Source: an uncultured Fibrobacterota bacterium | GTDB lineage: Bacteria > Fibrobacterota > Chitinivibrionia > Chitinivibrionales > FEN-1185 | Length of the DNA stretch: 64,000 nt | Assembly (NCBI GenBank): GCA_963753345.1 | Contig: CAVWBU010000021.1 | Location: 1 to 64,000, forward strand | Direction: 5' to 3' | Shown here: one piece after another, positions 1 to 12,636 of the stretch | Layout: the number at the start of each line of letters is the position of its first letter | How positions within the stretch are numbered: position 1 is the stretch's first letter | The notes under the pieces: generated by a model | Told to the model about the DNA's origin: nothing | The model's input: only the letters and a program-made list of their open reading frames with translations | Database searches by the model: none | Translations under genes and position numbers: made by a program

Positions 1-1
1 G

Positions 2-937
2 GAGCGGTACGCGCCGAAACTCCTCGATCTCGCCCCGCGCGACATGATCGCCCGCGCCATCGTTACCGAACTCCGGAACGGGAACGGGATTTTAGGCACC
101 GGCGGGCCGGAGGATTTTGTCAATCTTGACGCAACGCGCCTCGGGAAATCGGTGGTCGACGCAAAACTGCCGGACATTGCGGATTTCTGCCGGACCTACC
201 TGGGCGTGGACCCGGCGGTTTCGCCCATTCCGGTCCAGCCCACGGCGCATTATGCCATGGGAGGAATCCCCACCGACGTCGACGGCCGCGTTTTGGCCAG
301 TGCCGACAATACCGTGTACGAGGGCCTGTATGCCGCGGGCGAATGCGCGTGCGTGTCCGTGCACGGCGCCAACCGGCTCGGTACCAACAGTCTCGTTGAC
401 CTTGTAGTATTTGGCCGCCGTGCCGGGAAGCACATGGCGGACTTTGTCAAACACAGCGATATGCCGGTTCTGCGCGCCGATGCGGCAGACAGCGCCCGTG
501 CACACCTATCGAAACTGTATACCGGAGGTTCCGGAAAGGAAAGCGCTGCAGCCGTGCGGGACCGGATGCGCAGCACCATGATGGACAAGGTCGGCATCTA
601 TCGCACGGGCACGCTCATGGATGAAGCGGTGGCCGAGCTCATTGCGCTCCGCGGGCTCTTTTCGGAGATCCGCGTTTCGGACGCAAGCTCGAAGTTCAAT
701 ACCGAGCCGCTTGAGGCCCTGGAGCTTGAAAATCTTCTCGACCTGTCGCTGGTCACCGCGGTTTGCGCGCTCAATCGCGCCGAGAGCAGGGGCGGACACG
801 CACGTGAGGATTATCCGGACCGCGATGACGTGCGGTTTTTGGAGCATACGCTCGCATGGCTCGACGGCACAACGGTAACGCTCGGCTCCAAGGCGGTTGA
901 CAGGTCGCATTTTGCACCCAAGGCGCGGACATATTAG
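2..937 (+). CDS. sdhA: Succinate dehydrogenase/fumarate reductase flavoprotein subunit, C-terminal part (5' end lies outside the window)
   Basis: Motifs PTAHYAMGGIP, GLYAAGECACVSVHGANRLGTNSL, RAESRGGHAREDYP; adjacent to the Fe-S subunit. Confidence 0.95.
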   Translation, partial: ERYAPKLLDLAPRDMIARAIVTELRNGNGILGTGGPEDFVNLDATRLGKSVVDAKLPDIADFCRTYLGVDPAVSPIPVQPTAHYAMGGIPTDVDGRVLASADNTVYEGLYAAGECACVSVHGANRLGTNSLVDLVVFGRRAGKHMADFVKHSDMPVLRADAADSARAHLSKLYTGGSGKESAAAVRDRMRSTMMDKVGIYRTGTLMDEAVAELIALRGLFSEIRVSDASSKFNTEPLEALELENLLDLSLVTAVCALNRAESRGGHAREDYPDRDDVRFLEHTLAWLDGTTVTLGSKAVDRSHFAPKARTY

Positions 938-949
938 GACGGATATATA

Positions 950-1678
950 ATGAAGATCATCCTTCGCATACAACGTTATAATCCCGAAACCGATTCCACG
1001 CCCCACTTCCAGGAATATCCGGTGGACGTCGAACCGACCGGCCGGCTCCTCGACGCGATCCTGTATGTCAAGCAGCATGTCGATGCCACTCTTGCGGTCC
1101 GAAAAAGCTGCGCCCATGGGATCTGCGGGTCGGACGCCATGCGCGTCAACGGCACGGAACGCCTCGCGTGCAAGACGATTGTAAAGGACATTGCAGGCGA
1201 TGGCGATGTCGTCGTGCTCCAACCGCTGCGGTCAATGCCGGTCCAGCGCGACCTGATGGTCGATCAAAATGCGTTTTTCGAAAAGTACCGTTCCGTCAAA
1301 CCGTTCCTTATTCCCGCCGCGCCGCAGCGGCCCAAGGAACAACTCCAGATGCCGCAGCAGCGGATGCGTTATGATGATCCGACCAAGTGTATCTTGTGCG
1401 GCGCCTGTTATTCGTCGTGCCCGGTTGTCGCGGGCAAGAACCCGCAGTTTATCGGGCCTGCCGCTGTGCTGCAGGCGGCACGGTTTGTATTTGACAGCCG
1501 CGACATTGGGATCCGCGGGAGGGTCGCCGAGCTCGACATGCCGAACGGGGTCTGGGCGTGTGAAAACCATTTTGACTGCACCAAGGCATGTCCCCGCACT
1601 ATCAAGGTGACCAAGAGCATTAACGAGATAAAGCGGTCCATTACGGTCCACAAGGAGAACAAACATCAAACTGTATGA
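950..1678 (+). CDS. sdhB: Succinate dehydrogenase iron-sulfur subunit
   Basis: SCAHGICGSDAM 2Fe-2S motif, CILCGACYSSCP and CENHFDCTKACP cluster motifs. Confidence 0.95.
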   Translation: MKIILRIQRYNPETDSTPHFQEYPVDVEPTGRLLDAILYVKQHVDATLAVRKSCAHGICGSDAMRVNGTERLACKTIVKDIAGDGDVVVLQPLRSMPVQRDLMVDQNAFFEKYRSVKPFLIPAAPQRPKEQLQMPQQRMRYDDPTKCILCGACYSSCPVVAGKNPQFIGPAAVLQAARFVFDSRDIGIRGRVAELDMPNGVWACENHFDCTKACPRTIKVTKSINEIKRSITVHKENKHQTV

Positions 1679-2804
1679 ATTCCAGGCGCGTGACCTGCTC
1701 GCGCGCTATGGCTGCACGATTCCCAGGGGAATCGTCGCATTCTCCGAAAATGAGGCCGTTGGCGCGGCACGGGAAATAGGCGGGTCCGTGTTCGTCAAGG
1801 CGCAGGTGCTTTCGGGCGGCCGAGGCAAGGCAGGCGGGATAACGTTCGCTGCTTCTCCCGAGGATGCCGGCAAAGCGGCGCGTGCCGTATTGTCAATGCG
1901 CATGGGCGGGGCCGCGGTGAAAAAAGTGCTCGTCGTTGAGGCGCTGCAGGTCAAACAGGAATACTACATCGGCCTTACGATTGACAGAGGGGCCCGGTGC
2001 GTTCGGTGCATCCTGAGTGCGGAAGGCGGCATGGATATCGAGCTCGCCGCACGGAGGATGCCGGAAAAAATCGTGAGCTTTCCGCTTCCGCTCTATTCAC
2101 AAACACAAAGATTCCAGGTGACGGAGGCGCTGGTAAACGTTTTTGGTGATGCTGTTGTCGCCGATCAGGCGGGGGAGGCAGTCGTCTCGATGAATCGCCT
2201 GTTCAACGAAAAAGACTGTTCTCTTGTCGAGATCAACCCTTATGTATTGACAAAAGATAACAGGCTGATCGCCGCCGACGCCAAGATGGTTCTCGACGAC
2301 AACGCTCTGTACAAACACCCGGAAATGGCGGCTCTCCGCAATGATGAAGAGTACGGCCGCGACGAGCTGGCTGCCGCGGCCGCGGGTCTGAGCTTTGTGG
2401 AACTTGACGGCGACATCGGCTGCATGGTGAACGGCGCAGGGCTTGCCATGGCGACCATGGACCTGATAACGATATTCGGGGGAAGGCCCGCAAACTTCCT
2501 CGATGTAGGCGGCAGCTCGAACCCCCAAAAGGTCGTTAACGCGTTCAAGATTCTTCTGTCGAACAAGAACATCAAAGTTGTTCTTGTCAATATTTTCGGC
2601 GGCATCACCCGTTGCGACGACATCGCCCGCGGCATCATCCTTGCGCGGCAGGAACTTGGCGTAACCAAGCCCATGGTGGTCCGTCTTACCGGCACCAGCG
2701 AAGAGCAAGGGCGGGCGATGCTTGCCGAGGCGGGAATAACCGCCCAATCCGAAATGGCGGACGCGGTACAAAGCGCCGTCGCGCTTGCGAGGGCGGCGTC
2801 ATGA
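1665..2804 (+). CDS. sucC: Succinyl-CoA ligase beta subunit; natural start position is ATC at 1665
   Basis: [48 protein letters not shown]. Frame extends 41 codons upstream of the ORF-track start to (I)[15 protein letters not shown], with AAGGAG at 1652-1657. Confidence 0.92.
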   Translation: MKLYEFQARDLLARYGCTIPRGIVAFSENEAVGAAREIGGSVFVKAQVLSGGRGKAGGITFAASPEDAGKAARAVLSMRMGGAAVKKVLVVEALQVKQEYYIGLTIDRGARCVRCILSAEGGMDIELAARRMPEKIVSFPLPLYSQTQRFQVTEALVNVFGDAVVADQAGEAVVSMNRLFNEKDCSLVEINPYVLTKDNRLIAADAKMVLDDNALYKHPEMAALRNDEEYGRDELAAAAAGLSFVELDGDIGCMVNGAGLAMATMDLITIFGGRPANFLDVGGSSNPQKVVNAFKILLSNKNIKVVLVNIFGGITRCDDIARGIILARQELGVTKPMVVRLTGTSEEQGRAMLAEAGITAQSEMADAVQSAVALARAAS

Positions 2805-3678
2805 GCATTCTTATCGGCAAAGACACACGGGTGATTGTCCAGGGCATTACCGGACGCGACGGATCGTTCCATGCCACTGCGATGCTGCGCGACGGTACCG
2901 CGGTCGTCGGCGGCGTCACTCCGGGCAAAGGCGGCACGAAGGTCGAATCGTTGCCCGTGTATAATACAGTGGAAGAAGCCAAAAAAGCGACAAACGCGAA
3001 TTGTTCGATTGTCTTTGTGCCTGCGCGAAACGCATCGTCCGCGATCCGGGAAGCGGCCGACAGCCGCATTCCTCTTATCGTATGCATCACCGAAGGGATC
3101 CCGGCGCTGGAGATGGTCGAAATTTATCATTACGTCAACGCAAAGGGTATCCTCTTGATCGGCCCCAATTGTCCGGGCCTGATTTCGCCGGGAAAAAGCA
3201 AAGTCGGGATCATGCCCGGCTCTATCCATCGTAAAGGCGCGATTGGGGTGATTTCACGCTCCGGCACGCTCACCTACGAAATTGTTTGGCTGTTGACAAG
3301 AGCCGGATTGGGACAGTCGACGTGTGTCGGAATCGGCGGCGACCCGGTAAAAGGCACGGGGTTCGTTGAACTGCTGGAGCTGTTCGAGGCGGACAGCCAG
3401 ACCCAGGCGATCGTGCTGGTCGGCGAAATCGGCGGCGACGACGAGGAAAAAGCAGCGGAATATATCCGGGACCGCATGAAGAAGCCCGTTGTCGCGTTTG
3501 TCGCGGGCCAAACGGCGCCGCCGGACAAACGCATGGGACACGCCGGAGCAATCGTGTCCGGAGGCATGGGCGGGGCCGCAGGAAAGATTGAAGCACTCAA
3601 GAATGCCGGGGTCGTTGTCGTTGACAGGCCGGACCTTGTCCCGGAAGCGCTGGGAAACATTACGGAAGGCAGGAAACG

Positions 3679-3700
<22 letters not shown>
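2801..3700 (+). CDS. sucD: Succinyl-CoA ligase alpha subunit
   Basis: [47 protein letters not shown] overlap with the sucC stop. Confidence 0.95.
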
Positions 3701-6432
<2,732 letters not shown>

Positions 6433-6435
6433 CGG

Positions 6436-7653
6436 ATGAAAAAAAACATAGTTGTCCCTGAAATGGGGGAGTCGGTGAGCAAGGGCATTATCGTCGAATG
6501 GCTCAAGAAGACCGGGGACACGGTCGAAGAGGGAGAGCCGCTGTTCGAATTGGAAACGGACAAGGCAACCGTGGTGGTTCCATCCACGTCCGCAGGCACC
6601 CTGGAAATCCTCGTCCAAAAAGAAACCGAAGTGACGATCGGCCAGACCGTGGCAACCGTTGACAGCAAGGAATCCGGTCCCTCGTCCGCCGGGCCGGCAC
6701 AGCCCCCTGCGGCTGTCGAGCCTGTTGCGGCCCAACCCGTGTTGCTTTCCCCTGCGGTGCGGAGAATTGCCGCGGAGAATAATTTGGAACCGGGCTCAAT
6801 GAAGGCCAGCGGCAAGGGCGGGCGGATTACCAAGGCCGACGCACTCGCCGCGGCCGAACAACAGTTGGCGCCGGTCGCGCAGCCGATGACGAGCGCCGCC
6901 GAGAGCGCTGCTGAAATTCCCACTCAGCCGGCCCAGCCCGGTTCTTCCGCAGGAGCACCTCAAACCCGCGTCAAGATGACACTGCTTCGCAAGCGGACGG
7001 CCGAACGTCTCGTCCAGGCGCGGCAGCAGTCGGTGCATGTCACCACCTACAACGAGATCGATATGAGCAAGGTCGTGGAGATACGGGCGCATTACAATGA
7101 GTCGTTCGAGAAGGAGCACGGCATCAAGATCGGATACATGTCCTTTTTTGTCAAGGCCTGCTGCAAGGCGCTCGCGTCCCACCGCGAGCTCAATGCACAG
7201 GTGGAAGGCGATGAAATCGTCTACAATAATTTCTACAATATAGGCGTCGCCATCTCGCTTGACCGGGGGCTGGTGGTGCCCATTGTCCGCAATGCGGATG
7301 CGCTCACCTTCGCCGACATCGAAAGCGCGATCGCCGATCTTGCGAAACGCGCGCGCGACAAGCTTCTGACCCCCGACGAACTGCTCGGCGGGACGTTCAC
7401 CATCACCAACGGCGGAGTGTTCGGGTCGCTGATGTCAACACCGGTCCCGGCATATCCGCAGTCCGCGATCCTTGGCATGCACGCCATCAAGAAACGGCCC
7501 GTGGTCGTCAATGATGCCGTGGTCATCAGACCGATGATGTATGTCGCGCTCACCTACGATCACCGGATCGTTGACGGAAGGGACGCGATAGGATTCCTGG
7601 TGAAGGTGAGAGAGTTCATCGAAGAACCGGACACATTGCTCCTGGAAATGTAG
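6436..7653 (+). CDS. sucB: Dihydrolipoyllysine-residue succinyltransferase (E2)
   Basis: Lipoyl ETDKA, E3-binding SPAVRRI...SGKGGRITKAD, catalytic TYDHRIVDG. Confidence 0.95.
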   Translation: MKKNIVVPEMGESVSKGIIVEWLKKTGDTVEEGEPLFELETDKATVVVPSTSAGTLEILVQKETEVTIGQTVATVDSKESGPSSAGPAQPPAAVEPVAAQPVLLSPAVRRIAAENNLEPGSMKASGKGGRITKADALAAAEQQLAPVAQPMTSAAESAAEIPTQPAQPGSSAGAPQTRVKMTLLRKRTAERLVQARQQSVHVTTYNEIDMSKVVEIRAHYNESFEKEHGIKIGYMSFFVKACCKALASHRELNAQVEGDEIVYNNFYNIGVAISLDRGLVVPIVRNADALTFADIESAIADLAKRARDKLLTPDELLGGTFTITNGGVFGSLMSTPVPAYPQSAILGMHAIKKRPVVVNDAVVIRPMMYVALTYDHRIVDGRDAIGFLVKVREFIEEPDTLLLEM

Positions 7654-7662
7654 GACGAAACG

Positions 7663-8178
7663 ATGAGCGACCGAACGCTGTATGACGTTGTCATCATAGG
7701 CGCAGGGCCTGCCGGATACTGCGCCGCCATAAGGCTGGCACAGCTCGGTTTTTCCGTCGTAGTGGTTGATAAACGCACAGCCATGGGTGGAACCTGCCTC
7801 AACGTCGGGTGCATTCCGTCAAAGGCGCTTCTCGATTCGAGCGAGCATTTTGTTGTGGTGAAAAACGGGCTTGCGCAGCACGGCATCAAGGTCGAAAACG
7901 TCTCACTGGACCTTGGCATCATGATGCAACGGAAGGACCGGGTCGTTGCCACGTTTACAAGTGGCATTGAAACATTGCTTCGCCAGAACCACATTGATAT
8001 ACGGCAGGGAACGGCGCGCTTTGCCGCAAATCCCGGTGAAATCGAAATTGATTTCTCGGGGACCAAAAGCAAAGTGCGGGCGAACCGTGCCGTTATTGTC
8101 GCCACAGGCAGCGAGCCAAGCGTGCTCTCCTCCATTCCCATAAACAACGCACGTAAAATTGGATGCTGTGATGAGTGA
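7663..8178 (+). pseudogene. lpdA: Dihydrolipoamide dehydrogenase, truncated after about 160 aa
   Basis: YDVVIIGAGPAGY, GGTCLNVGCIPSKALL, IVATGS, then a stop; NAD-binding and dimerisation domains absent (full length is normally about 460-470 aa). Confidence 0.88.
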
Positions 8179-8235
8179 ATGGTCGCAGTACAACATCGGG
8201 ACGGGCCCGACCGGCTATTGCGCCGCCGCACAGTA

Positions 8236-8353
8236 TTGAAGAACCCCGCCCCAAGTGGCGGGGATTCTTCCATAGCTAAGGAAATAGAATAACAAATATT
8301 CGCCCGCTAACCCCGCGCCAAGTCGCGGGGAATGCGCGGGCTGTGCTATTCAA
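8236..8353 (+). repeat. ~118-bp double-hairpin element, copy 1 (MITE/IS200-IS605-end-like)
   Basis: TTGAA...TTCAA ends; hairpins CCCCGCC-CCAAGT-GGCGGGG and CCCCGCG-CCAAGT-CGCGGGG; diverged reverse copy at 38557-38676. Confidence 0.75.
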
Positions 8354-8388
8354 CAAATGAATGAACCTCATTGATAAAGGAAGGTAGT

Positions 8389-9530
8389 ATGGCCGCGATC
8401 ACCTATTCCAAGGGTCTGGAAGGCGTTGTTGCTGGGGAAACCACGATCTGCCAGGTTGACGGACAGAACGGGAAGCTTATGTACCGGGGATATTCCATCG
8501 AGGACCTCGTCGAGTACTCGTCCTATGAAGAAACGGTCTATTTACTGTTGTTCGAACAATTGCCCTCGGCGGTCGAGCTTGACGAATTCACCCGAAACTT
8601 CAGGTCCGGCAGGCACATCGCCACGCCGATCCAGGACATGATCCGAAATTTCCCCCAGTCGGGCGACCCCATGGAGCTGCTGCAGTCGGTGATGTCGTAT
8701 CTGAGCGGCTATGTTGTGCACAAAATCAGGCATTCAGCGACCTGCAACTGCCGCCAGACGCTCCACCAAGTTGCCCAGTTGGCAACGGTGATTGCCGCGT
8801 ATCAACGGTTCAAGGAGGGCAAATCGTACGTTATGCCCCGCGACGACCTTTCCCACGGCGCGAATTTTCTCTACATGCTCCGTGGTGAGGAGCCGTTGTC
8901 CTATGAAGCGGACATCATGGACAAATGCCTTATACTTCACGCTGAACACGGGTTCAACACCTCGACCTTTACCGCACGCGTAGTCGCGTCGAGCCTTTCC
9001 ACCTGCTATTCAGCATTTCGGCTGCCATCGGCGCTCTGCGCGGTCCCCTGCACGGCGGGGCCAACGAGCAGGTGATGGACATGCTGGCCGAAATCGGCAA
9101 CGTTTACAACGTAGACACCTGGCTGGACAAGGCGCTTTCCGAAAAGAAGAAGATCATGGGTATGGGCCACCGGGAATACAAGGTAAAAGACCCCCGGTCG
9201 TTCGTCATGGAGAAATTTTTACGGGAACTAAGCGAAAAGAAGGGTGATTCGAGGAACCTTTCGATTCTGACGAAGCTCGAGAAGAGCTTCCGGGCCCGCA
9301 TGGACCAGAAGGGCAAACCTCTGTACCCCAACGTGGATTTTTTCTCGGGGTCGGTCTATTCGCTGCTCGGGATCCCCCAGCAGCTGTTCTCGCCGATTTT
9401 CGCCATGGCGAGGTCGGCCGGATGGCTTGCCCACATTCTCGAACAGCGTAAAGACAACCGCCTGTTCCGTCCGGAATGCCTGTACACGGGCCCGCAACTG
9501 CGGGAGTTTATGTCGGTTGATAAACGATAA
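8389..9530 (+). pseudogene. Citrate synthase / 2-methylcitrate synthase family, split by a 1-nt frameshift near 9009-9013
   Basis: YSKGLEGVV, LILHAEHGFNTSTF in the first frame; SAAIGALRGPLHGGANEQV, IMGMGHREYKVKDPR and YPNVDFFSG continue in the second frame. Confidence 0.85.
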
Positions 9531-9560
9531 CTCACCCCTCCCTTCGGCGTAGGGTGAGTT
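9529..9560 (+). terminator. Stem-loop after citrate synthase (possible terminator/processing hairpin)
   Basis: AACTCACCC...GGGTGAGTT inverted repeat at the stop codon; weak U-tract. Confidence 0.35.
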
Positions 9561-9609
9561 GTCTTTGGCCGATCATATCAAAATGACCCGTTTCAAAGGA
9601 CAATCAATC

Positions 9610-10665
9610 ATGCCAAACGAATCGCTCTCTCTGGAAGAAATCCGCGAAGCCGCAAAGGTCAAGCTCAAGGGCATCTGCGGCGTGTACCGGATATGCGACG
9701 GCCAGGACGTCCGGTTGTGCCAGGGACACAGCTACGGTTCGGCCATCGGCATCGGGGGAATAGGCAGCGGCGCCTCGTTTGCCAACAATATTAAAGCTCT
9801 CGACGCTATTCGTCTCAAAGCAAGACTTATCGGCCCGGATTTTCAACCGGACACGCGGTTCGAATTTTTCGGCCGAAAACTTTCCATGCCCATCATGGCG
9901 GCCAGCGTAAGCGGCAACAACAGTTTCGGCGGGGATACGGTGATTCCCGAGCCTGAACTTTGCCGGTCCTTCGTGACCGGCTGCAAAAATGCCGGCACCA
10001 TGGGATGGCGCGGTGACTCATTCAATTACTCCCTCGAAAACCCCTACGGCATCAATGCCATTGCCGAGGCGGGCGGGTGGGGGGTCCAGATTGTCAAGCC
10101 GCGCGAGCAGGCGACGATAATCTCCTTTTTCAAGAAAGCCGAACGGGCTGGGTGCGCGGCGGTCGGGATCGATATCGACGGCTGCGGTTCGGTTGCGATG
10201 GCGCGGCATAAACAGCCGGTGTTCCGAAAAAGCGTGCATGAACTTAAAGAACTTGTTTCCTCAACCGTATTGCCGGTGATTATCAAAGGAGTCATGTCGG
10301 TGGAAGACGCCGAGGCGGCCGTTGACGCCGGCGCAGCCGCCATCGTCGTTTCCAACCATGGAGGTCGGGTACTCGATCACACGCCCGGGACCGTGGAAGT
10401 TTTGCCTTCGGTAGCAAAGGCCGTCGGCAGCAAGACCCTGGTCATGGCGGACGGAGGAATTCGCACAGGGTACGATGTGCTCAAGATGCTTGCCTCGGGA
10501 GCGAAGGCCGTGCTCGTGGGCCGCGACGTTGTGCGCGCTGCCATAGGAGCGGGTGCGGGGGGCGTAGGCACCCAGATGAAGTATCTTGGGGATGATCTTG
10601 CAAAAGCAATGAAAATGACCGGCTGTGCTAACCTGGATGGGATTTCACCTGTAGTTTTGTGTTGA
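9610..10665 (+). CDS. FMN-dependent alpha-hydroxy-acid oxidase/dehydrogenase
   Basis: VIIKGVMS, IVVSNHGGRVLD, ADGGIRTGYDVLKMLASGA. Confidence 0.9.
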   Translation: MPNESLSLEEIREAAKVKLKGICGVYRICDGQDVRLCQGHSYGSAIGIGGIGSGASFANNIKALDAIRLKARLIGPDFQPDTRFEFFGRKLSMPIMAASVSGNNSFGGDTVIPEPELCRSFVTGCKNAGTMGWRGDSFNYSLENPYGINAIAEAGGWGVQIVKPREQATIISFFKKAERAGCAAVGIDIDGCGSVAMARHKQPVFRKSVHELKELVSSTVLPVIIKGVMSVEDAEAAVDAGAAAIVVSNHGGRVLDHTPGTVEVLPSVAKAVGSKTLVMADGGIRTGYDVLKMLASGAKAVLVGRDVVRAAIGAGAGGVGTQMKYLGDDLAKAMKMTGCANLDGISPVVLC

Positions 10666-10770
10666 CGAATCAAAATGACGCAGCACTCGCGATTAGGCTG
10701 GCCGTCGGCATTGCAAACAACATAGGGGGGAGGGAAGCCGAAATTCTTATAAAGATGAAGGGGGGCGTAT

Positions 10771-10965
10771 ATGAAAGCCTTGCACTGTAGCGACATTGGA
10801 ACGCGGACGTGCAATTTCATCGCGGAAGCAAGGAGCATCGAAGAAGCGGAGAGAGTGCTTCTGGATCATGTGCAAATCCGGCATCCGGGCTTCTTGGAGG
10901 CCATGACTTTTGAAGAGAGAGAAAGATTGCTGGAGCACGTGGAGGCAATGGCAGAAGCGAGGTAG
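10771..10965 (+). CDS. Small putative metal-binding protein (DUF1059-like)
   Basis: LHCSDIG..CNF...EE.....LDH...H pattern; G-rich RBS upstream. Confidence 0.7.
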   Translation: MKALHCSDIGTRTCNFIAEARSIEEAERVLLDHVQIRHPGFLEAMTFEERERLLEHVEAMAEAR

Positions 10966-11273
10966 TTTGGAGTTCAGAAAGCCGCTTCTAAAGATTAAGA
11001 AAAAGTGATGGGGATGATCCCAAGAGGAATGGAGATCATTTGTCAAAGTGGAGTGATGTAATTGGCGGCGGTGCCTGTAATTTCCCGAATGCAATGCCCT
11101 TGCTTGATAACTGAAAAGTCCGAAGTTTGCTGTTTATGGTTCAGCAGACGGTGCAAAGTCAGAGTCGCCACGAACGGTGCACGTGCATGATATTCAGCGC
11201 GTTTCCGCTCGCCCTCGTGTAACCGAACGCTTTGGTTCATCAACAATTGCAAATCTTCACAAAGGAGGAGACG

Positions 11274-11603
11274 ATGGAAAAGGTATGCGCAACGTCGGAC
11301 ATGGCCCCCGGGACGATGAAAGGAATTACCGCAAATCAGAAGCAAATATTGATTGCCAACGTCGACGGCCGTTTTTACGCGGTTGATGCGATCTGCACGC
11401 ATCACTTCGGCTACCTTCCCAAGGGCAAGCTTGATAAAAACATCATCATATGTCCCGTCCATGGCGCCCAGTATGATGTAACAACAGGAAAAGTTTCCAA
11501 GGATTTGTCGGGAATGATGAAGATGCTGATGAGCGGCGGCGCGAAAGACCTGAATTCATATAAAGTCGAAATTAAAGACGGATTCATATTCGTTGACGCC
11601 TGA
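11274..11603 (+). CDS. Rieske-type [2Fe-2S] ferredoxin
   Basis: CTH...CPVHGAQYD Rieske motifs; RBS AGGAGG. Confidence 0.9.
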   Translation: MEKVCATSDMAPGTMKGITANQKQILIANVDGRFYAVDAICTHHFGYLPKGKLDKNIIICPVHGAQYDVTTGKVSKDLSGMMKMLMSGGAKDLNSYKVEIKDGFIFVDA

Positions 11604-11656
11604 AGGTTTTAAATTCCCATGATCATGACTCATTGCGGTTGAAAGGAATCGCGCTT

Positions 11657-12328
11657 TCACCGATGGTTGCCGTTCGCACAGAGAAACTGACAAAACGCTT
11701 CAAGAAGCTGACGGCTGTTGACGGCGTGTCCTTTGACGTGCCCGAGGGAGAGCATGCCGGCCGATAAGCGGCGCGCGCGGATTGCCGAGGTGCTTTCGCT
11801 GGTGGAGCTCGAAGACAAGGGCGGCGGCCTTCGCCCGGAACTTGTCGAATGGTTGGGACGGTTTCTCGCCCCTTTGATGAACGCGATCCGGATGTCCCTG
11901 TAGGTTTGTGAATATTTATGGAAGTTAGCCCATGCAGCCTTGTTGTCCTTGATGGCTCTCAGAATATCCGGCGGTATCGTCACATTACCGACCCCGATAT
12001 TCCCCAGGGTTTTCAACACATCCTTATGAACACGTTTTTCTCTTATGAGTTTTGCCAGTCTGACTTTGTTGCTTTGCGAGTACTCCGCTTTTGGGTTACG
12101 CGGGGAAAACCGTTGGGCATAGCGGTCATTATCCAGTGATTTTACCGTACTGTCTATCCAGCCGAAGCAGAGCGCCTCTTCAACGGCATCGTTGTAGGAA
12201 ATACGGGGCCGGCGGGATTCCTTTTTGTAATATACCAGCCAAATGTCCTTGTCGGTCTTAAAGTGGGATTTGAGCCATTTGCGCCAGGCGGAACGGGTGG
12301 GGGCGGAGAGGAGGTGGGTGAGATTCAT
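11657..12328 (-). CDS. YdeI/OmpD-associated family protein; native C-terminus lost after about 11855
   Basis: WRKWL, IWLVYYKK, YNDAVEEALCFGWIDS, QRFSPR, PPDILRAIKDNKAAWANF; the tail reads through the ABC relic on the other strand. Confidence 0.8.
   Translation of the reverse strand: MNLTHLLSAPTRSAWRKWLKSHFKTDKDIWLVYYKKESRRPRISYNDAVEEALCFGWIDSTVKSLDNDRYAQRFSPRNPKAEYSQSNKVRLAKLIREKRVHKDVLKTLGNIGVGNVTIPPDILRAIKDNKAAWANFHKYSQTYRDIRIAFIKGARNRPNHSTSSGRRPPPLSSSSTSESTSAIRARRLSAGMLSLGHVKGHAVNSRQLLEAFCQFLCANGNHR
11663..11828 (+). pseudogene. Internally deleted relic of a DrrA-type ABC ATPase
   Basis: MVAVRTEKLTKRFKKLTAVDGVSFDVPEGE, then an out-of-frame jump to MPADKRRARIAEVLSLVELEDK; Walker A region missing. 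Confidence 0.6.
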
Positions 12329-12335
12329 GCTGGAT

Positions 12336-12605
12336 TTAGAAGATTGCCCCTGTCACGAGAAAGGCAAGGCCCGCAATGGCCGTAAGTATTCGGACTACAT
12401 GGAACCTCACCCGTTGATAGCGAAGCTGTTGCCAATCAGCCGGCAGCTTTGTAACAGTCCATGCCGTGATCCGGTTGACAATAGGGACCTCAACAAGGAT
12501 GGTCACGAGTAGAGCAACGATAAATAAGCCGAATCCCGCCAAAGTACAATAGAATGTTTCCGGCCGCCCCTGGTACGAGATGAACAAAACCGGCAGTATC
12601 GACAA
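12336..12605 (-). pseudogene. DUF1772 (anthrone-oxygenase-like) membrane protein, 5'-truncated
   Basis: EVPIVNRITAW..KLPADWQQLR...FHVVR C-terminal pattern; N-terminal half absent. Confidence 0.6.
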
Positions 12606-12636
12606 CCCAAAAGCTCGCGGCGAAGTCCGGACAAGA

